From Rubrivivax sp. (GTDB taxonomy: Bacteria; Pseudomonadota; Gammaproteobacteria; Burkholderiales; Burkholderiaceae_C), in NCBI GenBank assembly GCA_044224175.1, contig JBGAKY010000033.1:287-64286 (forward strand): a stretch of 64,000 bases of DNA, given 5' to 3'. Positions 59,966 through 64,000 of the stretch are shown one piece after another (within the stretch, counting starts at the first letter, position 1; each line of letters begins with the position of its first letter). Under the pieces are notes generated by a model. The model was not told the origin of the DNA. It did not search any database and was given only the letters and a program-made list of their open reading frames with translations. The translations under genes and the position numbers were made by a program.

Positions 59966-60105
59966 AGTCTCCGGCGGCCCCGGCGCAACGTCACCCCGGG
60001 TTTCAGCCCGGAAACAATTCGACAAGCTTCGACGATCAGCCGCCGCAGGCGCACGGTTCCAATCGCGGCACCGGGCCTTCGAGCCCCTGCCAGAGGGAGT
60101 TCCAC

Positions 60106-61125
60106 ATGACGCAGCCTGTCTTCATCCGCCGCCCCGCCGCCCTGGCGACGGCCACCGTGGCCATTGCGATGCTCGCCGCGTGTGGCGGCGGCGGCGACGA
60201 GAACGGCCTTTCGTTGCAGAACGCGCAGGGTTACGCCGCCGACGGCGCCACCATGCCGGTGGCCGCCGCCACCGGCATCGACAGCGCGACGCAGACGCTC
60301 GAAACGTCCATGGCCACCGCCGCCGCGGCCGGCACCGGCCGCGAGCAGGCCCAGGCCGCCGACATGTCGCCGCAGGCGACGGCCAGCCTCTCGGTCGCCT
60401 GCCCGAACGGCGGCACCATTGCCTGGACCGTGACCGGCACTGACGCCACCATGCTGGGCAACGGGCGGCTCGACGCCGGCGAGACCTACGCCGTCACCTA
60501 CACCGCCTGCGGCACCGCCGACGCCGATTCGTCGGTGCTCGACGGGCAACTGCAGATCGTGGTGGCCACGCGCACGGCCACCGACCTGGACGCAACCCAC
60601 AGCACCACCAACCTGAAGCTCACCACGGCCAGCGGCGCCACCTACACGCTCAACGGCAGCACGCGCGTGCAGCGCAACGAGAGCACCACCACCAGCGGCG
60701 GCCGCCAGGTCACCCGCCACATCACGAGCCCGGGCATCTCGCTGGTCAGCCACGTGCCGCTGTCCGGCGGCGGGGCGCGCGACGCCAGCTACAACCTGCG
60801 CAGCTACGACTGGACCGTGACGCGCACCTACGACGCCGGCGGCGCGCTGGTCTCGCGTTCGCACAACGGCCACCTGCTGGCCGACGCGAGCACGCCGCGC
60901 CGCCCGGACGCGACGCTGGAGATCACCACCGAAGGCACGCTCACGCTCAGCGGCACCGACGGCGCCGCGGCTTCGGGCAGCTTCACCGTGGTCACCAGCC
61001 GCAACACGATCGCCTGCACCTATGGCAGCGGCATCGTCACGCTGACGCTGGACATCGGCAACGACGGCAAGATCGACCGCACCTGGACGCTCACGCGCGT
61101 CAACTTCATCGGCGAAGCCGGCTAG
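60106..61125 (+). CDS. Thr-rich beta-sheet lipoprotein of unknown function
   Basis: Lipobox LAACGGGG; RBS GGGAG; CPNGG, C..A and LDIGNDGKID motifs. Confidence 0.7.
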   Translation: MTQPVFIRRPAALATATVAIAMLAACGGGGDENGLSLQNAQGYAADGATMPVAAATGIDSATQTLETSMATAAAAGTGREQAQAADMSPQATASLSVACPNGGTIAWTVTGTDATMLGNGRLDAGETYAVTYTACGTADADSSVLDGQLQIVVATRTATDLDATHSTTNLKLTTASGATYTLNGSTRVQRNESTTTSGGRQVTRHITSPGISLVSHVPLSGGGARDASYNLRSYDWTVTRTYDAGGALVSRSHNGHLLADASTPRRPDATLEITTEGTLTLSGTDGAAASGSFTVVTSRNTIACTYGSGIVTLTLDIGNDGKIDRTWTLTRVNFIGEAG

Positions 61126-62030
61126 ACCAGCCGGTCCTTCAGCATCTGCGCCAGCAGCGCGGCCCCCTGCTCCAGCAGCGGGCCGCGCGGCCTTTGCGAA
61201 GAGGTGGCGATCCACAGGCGGGCCGCCAGCGGCTGGTCCTTGGCCAGCACGATGGGCCGCGCGGTGAACGCGGCTTCGCGCCCGGTCAGCGCATTGGCCG
61301 CCAGCACGGCGTGCAGCGGGTTGCGTTCCACCAGGTCCAGCATCGCCGGCACGCTTTCGATCTCCAGGCCGATGCGCGGCTTGAGCCCGGCGCCGGCGAG
61401 CGCGGTCTCCAGCAGCATGCGGATCGAATGCGGCCGGCTCGGGATCACGAGTTCGCATTCGGCGACGCGCGCCAGCGTCACCGGCTTCGTGGGAGCGCCG
61501 TGGCCGCCGCCGGCCTTGCGCGCCGACACCAGGTACAGCGGTTCGTCGAGCACCGGCACCAGGTCGATGGCGGCCGCGGGCGTGGCGTTGTAGACCACGG
61601 CGCAATCGATGCGGCCCAGCACCAGCCATTCCAGCGCGTAGGTCGACAGGCCTTCCACCACCGTGAGCGTGGCCTTCGGAAAGCGCTTGCGGAAGGTTTC
61701 CACCAGGGGGCCGGTGAGCGTGCGGCTCACGCTGGGTGGCAGGCCGATGGCCAGGCGGCCAGACGCGGCACCACGCTGGTCTTCCAGGTCTTCCTTCGCG
61801 CGCTGCACCTGCTGCAGGATGCCGCGGCCATGGGCCAGCAGGCGCTTGCCCGCCTCGGTGAGCGTGACGCCGCGGCCGTTGCGGTCGAACAGGGGCTGGC
61901 GCAATTCCACTTCCAGCGAGCGCACCTGCCGGCTCAGCGCCGGCTGCGCCACCCGCAGCACGCTGGCGGCGCGCGTGAAGCTGCCCAGTTCCGCCACATG
62001 AACGAAGTACTCGATCTGCTTCAGGTCCAT
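61122..62030 (-). CDS. LysR-family regulator, divergent from the lig genes
   Basis: [28 protein letters not shown]. Confidence 0.95.
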   Translation of the reverse strand: MDLKQIEYFVHVAELGSFTRAASVLRVAQPALSRQVRSLEVELRQPLFDRNGRGVTLTEAGKRLLAHGRGILQQVQRAKEDLEDQRGAASGRLAIGLPPSVSRTLTGPLVETFRKRFPKATLTVVEGLSTYALEWLVLGRIDCAVVYNATPAAAIDLVPVLDEPLYLVSARKAGGGHGAPTKPVTLARVAECELVIPSRPHSIRMLLETALAGAGLKPRIGLEIESVPAMLDLVERNPLHAVLAANALTGREAAFTARPIVLAKDQPLAARLWIATSSQRPRGPLLEQGAALLAQMLKDRLV

Positions 62031-62137
62031 GCCGGGATTGTCATGCCGAAGTGGCCTAGCAGCTAGTGTGGCAATCGCGTTGATGAATGGCTCGCGGGGG
62101 AGAAGAATGCATCCGCACCGCAAGAGGAGACGCCTAC

Positions 62138-63166
62138 GTGATCATCGACGTCCACGGCCACTACACCACCGCGCCCAAGGCGCTGGAGAACTGGCGCAAC
62201 CAGCAGATCGCCGGCATCGCCGATGCCTCGAAGAAGCCCAGGGTCGCCGACCTGAAGATCAGCGACGACGAGCTGCGCGAGAGCATCGAGACCAACCAGC
62301 TGGCGAAGATGAAGGAGCGCGGCAGCGACCTCACCGTCTTCAGCCCGCGCGCCAGCTTCATGGCGCACCACATCGGCGACTTCCAGGTTTCCAGCACCTG
62401 GGCCGCGATCTGCAACGAGCTCTGCTTCCGGGTGTCGAAGCTGTTTCCGGACAACTTCATCCCCGCCGCGATGCTGCCGCAGAGCCCGGGCGTGGACCCG
62501 AAGACCTGCATTCCGGAACTGGTGAAGTGCGTCGAGCAGTACGGCAACGTCGCCATCAACCTGAACCCGGATCCTTCGGGCGGCCACTGGACCAGCCCGC
62601 CGCTGAGCGACCGCCACTGGTACCCCATCTACGAGAAGATGGTCGAGTACGGCATCCCGGCGATGATCCACGTCAGCACCAGCTGCAACGCCTGCTTCCA
62701 CACCACGGGCGCGCACTACCTGAACGCCGACACCACGGCCTTCATGCAGTGCCTCACGAGCGACCTGTTCAAGGACTTCCCGACGCTGAAGTTCCTCATC
62801 CCCCACGGCGGCGGCGCGGTGCCCTACCACTGGGGCCGCTTCCGCGGCCTGGCGCAGGAGCTGAAGAAGCCGCTGCTGAAGGACCACCTGCTGAACAACA
62901 TCTTCTTCGACACCTGCGTCTACCACCAGCCGGGCATCGACCTGCTGACGAAGGTGATCCCGGTCGACAACATCCTCTTCGCCAGCGAGATGATCGGCGC
63001 CGTGCGCGGCATCGACCCCGAGACCGGCTTCTACTACGACGACACCAAGCGCTACATCGAGGCCAGCACGCAGCTGAGCCCGGCGCAGAAGCAGCAGATC
63101 TACGAAGGCAACGCGCGCCGGGTGTTTCCGCGCCTCGATGCCGCTCTCAAGCAGAAGGGGAAGTAA
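62138..63166 (+). CDS. ligJ: 4-oxalomesaconate hydratase (amidohydrolase fold)
   Basis: [52 protein letters not shown]; GTG with RBS GAGGAG. Confidence 0.92.
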   Translation: MIIDVHGHYTTAPKALENWRNQQIAGIADASKKPRVADLKISDDELRESIETNQLAKMKERGSDLTVFSPRASFMAHHIGDFQVSSTWAAICNELCFRVSKLFPDNFIPAAMLPQSPGVDPKTCIPELVKCVEQYGNVAINLNPDPSGGHWTSPPLSDRHWYPIYEKMVEYGIPAMIHVSTSCNACFHTTGAHYLNADTTAFMQCLTSDLFKDFPTLKFLIPHGGGAVPYHWGRFRGLAQELKKPLLKDHLLNNIFFDTCVYHQPGIDLLTKVIPVDNILFASEMIGAVRGIDPETGFYYDDTKRYIEASTQLSPAQKQQIYEGNARRVFPRLDAALKQKGK

Positions 63167-63168
63167 CC

Positions 63169-63852
63169 ATGTACGAGCTGGGCGTCGTCTACCGCAACAT
63201 CACCCGCACCGACAGCGCCACCGCCGACGCGCTGGCCCGCTTCGGCAGCGCCACCGTGCACGAGGCGATGGGCCGCGTCGGCCTGATGAAGCCCTACATG
63301 CGGCCCATCTATGCCGGCGCGCAGGTCAGCGGCACCGCCGTCACCGTGCTGCTGCACCCGGGCGACAACTGGATGATGCACGTGGTGGCCGAGCAGATCC
63401 GCCCGGGCGACATCGTCGTCGCCGCCATCACCGCCGAGTGCACCGACGGCTACTTCGGCGACCTGCTGGCCACCAGCTTCATGGCGCGCGGCGCCAAGGC
63501 GCTGGTCATCGACGCCGGCGTGCGCGACGTGAAGACGCTCACCGAGATGGGCTTCCCGGTCTGGAGCAGGGCCGTCAGCAGCAAGGGCACCATCAAGGCC
63601 ACGCTGGGCTCGGTCAACATCCCCGTGGTCTGCGCCGGCATGTGGGTCACCCCGGGCGACGTGATCGTGGCCGACGACGACGGCGTGGTCTGCGTGCCGC
63701 GAGCGATGGCGCAGAAGGCACTGGACGCCGCCAACGCGCGCGAGGCGAACGAAGCCGACAAGCGCGCCAAGCTCGCCTCCGGCGTGCTGGGGCTGGACAT
63801 GTACAAGATGCGCGAGCCGCTCGAGAAGGCCGGCCTGAAGTACGTCGACTGA
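63169..63852 (+). CDS. ligK: 4-carboxy-4-hydroxy-2-oxoadipate (HMG/CHA) aldolase
   Basis: [49 protein letters not shown]. Confidence 0.93.
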   Translation: MYELGVVYRNITRTDSATADALARFGSATVHEAMGRVGLMKPYMRPIYAGAQVSGTAVTVLLHPGDNWMMHVVAEQIRPGDIVVAAITAECTDGYFGDLLATSFMARGAKALVIDAGVRDVKTLTEMGFPVWSRAVSSKGTIKATLGSVNIPVVCAGMWVTPGDVIVADDDGVVCVPRAMAQKALDAANAREANEADKRAKLASGVLGLDMYKMREPLEKAGLKYVD

Positions 63853-63853
63853 G

Positions 63854-64000
63854 ATGAAGATCGCCCTCATCGGCTACGGCGAGGTCGGCCGCATCCTGGC
63901 CGAGGACCTGGTGCCTCAGGGTCACGTGGTGACCGTGCACGACCTCAAGTTCGCGCAGCCCGCGCTGCGCGACCACGCGGCGAAGACCGGCGTCAGGCTG
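63854..64000 (+). CDS. NAD(P)-dependent oxidoreductase (3-hydroxyisobutyrate dehydrogenase-like), 3' partial
   Basis: MKIALIGYGEVG Rossmann motif; runs off the window. Confidence 0.75.
   Translation, partial: MKIALIGYGEVGRILAEDLVPQGHVVTVHDLKFAQPALRDHAAKTGVRL

Overview
High-GC (roughly 70% by eye) chromosomal segment from a betaproteobacterium, most likely Burkholderiales of the Rubrivivax/Sphaerotilaceae type (inferred from gene content and protein style). It is an anoxygenic phototroph: it carries a pucBAC LH2 antenna operon with a tandem PpsR/CrtJ operator. The first ~2.9 kb and ~38.3-38.5 kb contain several single-base frameshifts that look like long-read indel errors. Left to right: two stand-alone regulator-propeller proteins, a hybrid PAS/HK/REC/HPt kinase and ApbE; DegP with a QseBC-like pair; pucBAC plus a coupled 33-aa ORF; a class IV (R-amine-type) transaminase; an IclR-VOC-flavin monooxygenase-DUF2783-fahA cluster; NMO/USP/SirB2; SDR and a nitrilase-family gene converging on an E1alpha/beta-TRAP operon; an ECF sigma with two TPR Ser/Thr kinases, a Calx-beta/delta-60 lipoprotein and a GNAT; PPi-PFK; an alpha/beta hydrolase; a stand-alone AID/APOBEC-like Zn deaminase; a SARP/BTAD-STAND regulator with a large PKD/ZU5-like lipoprotein; Pat; GGT; a tightly coupled iorAB-soxXYZA operon with non-canonical SoxY; bfr-bfd; and the start of a protocatechuate 4,5-cleavage (lig) operon. 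No rRNA, tRNA, CRISPR array, integrase or transposase was recognised. The best candidates for undescribed biology are the orphan AID/APOBEC-like deaminase (41085-41663) and the Mo-hydroxylase/Sox-carrier operon (54535-59075). All family assignments come from motif recognition, not database searches.
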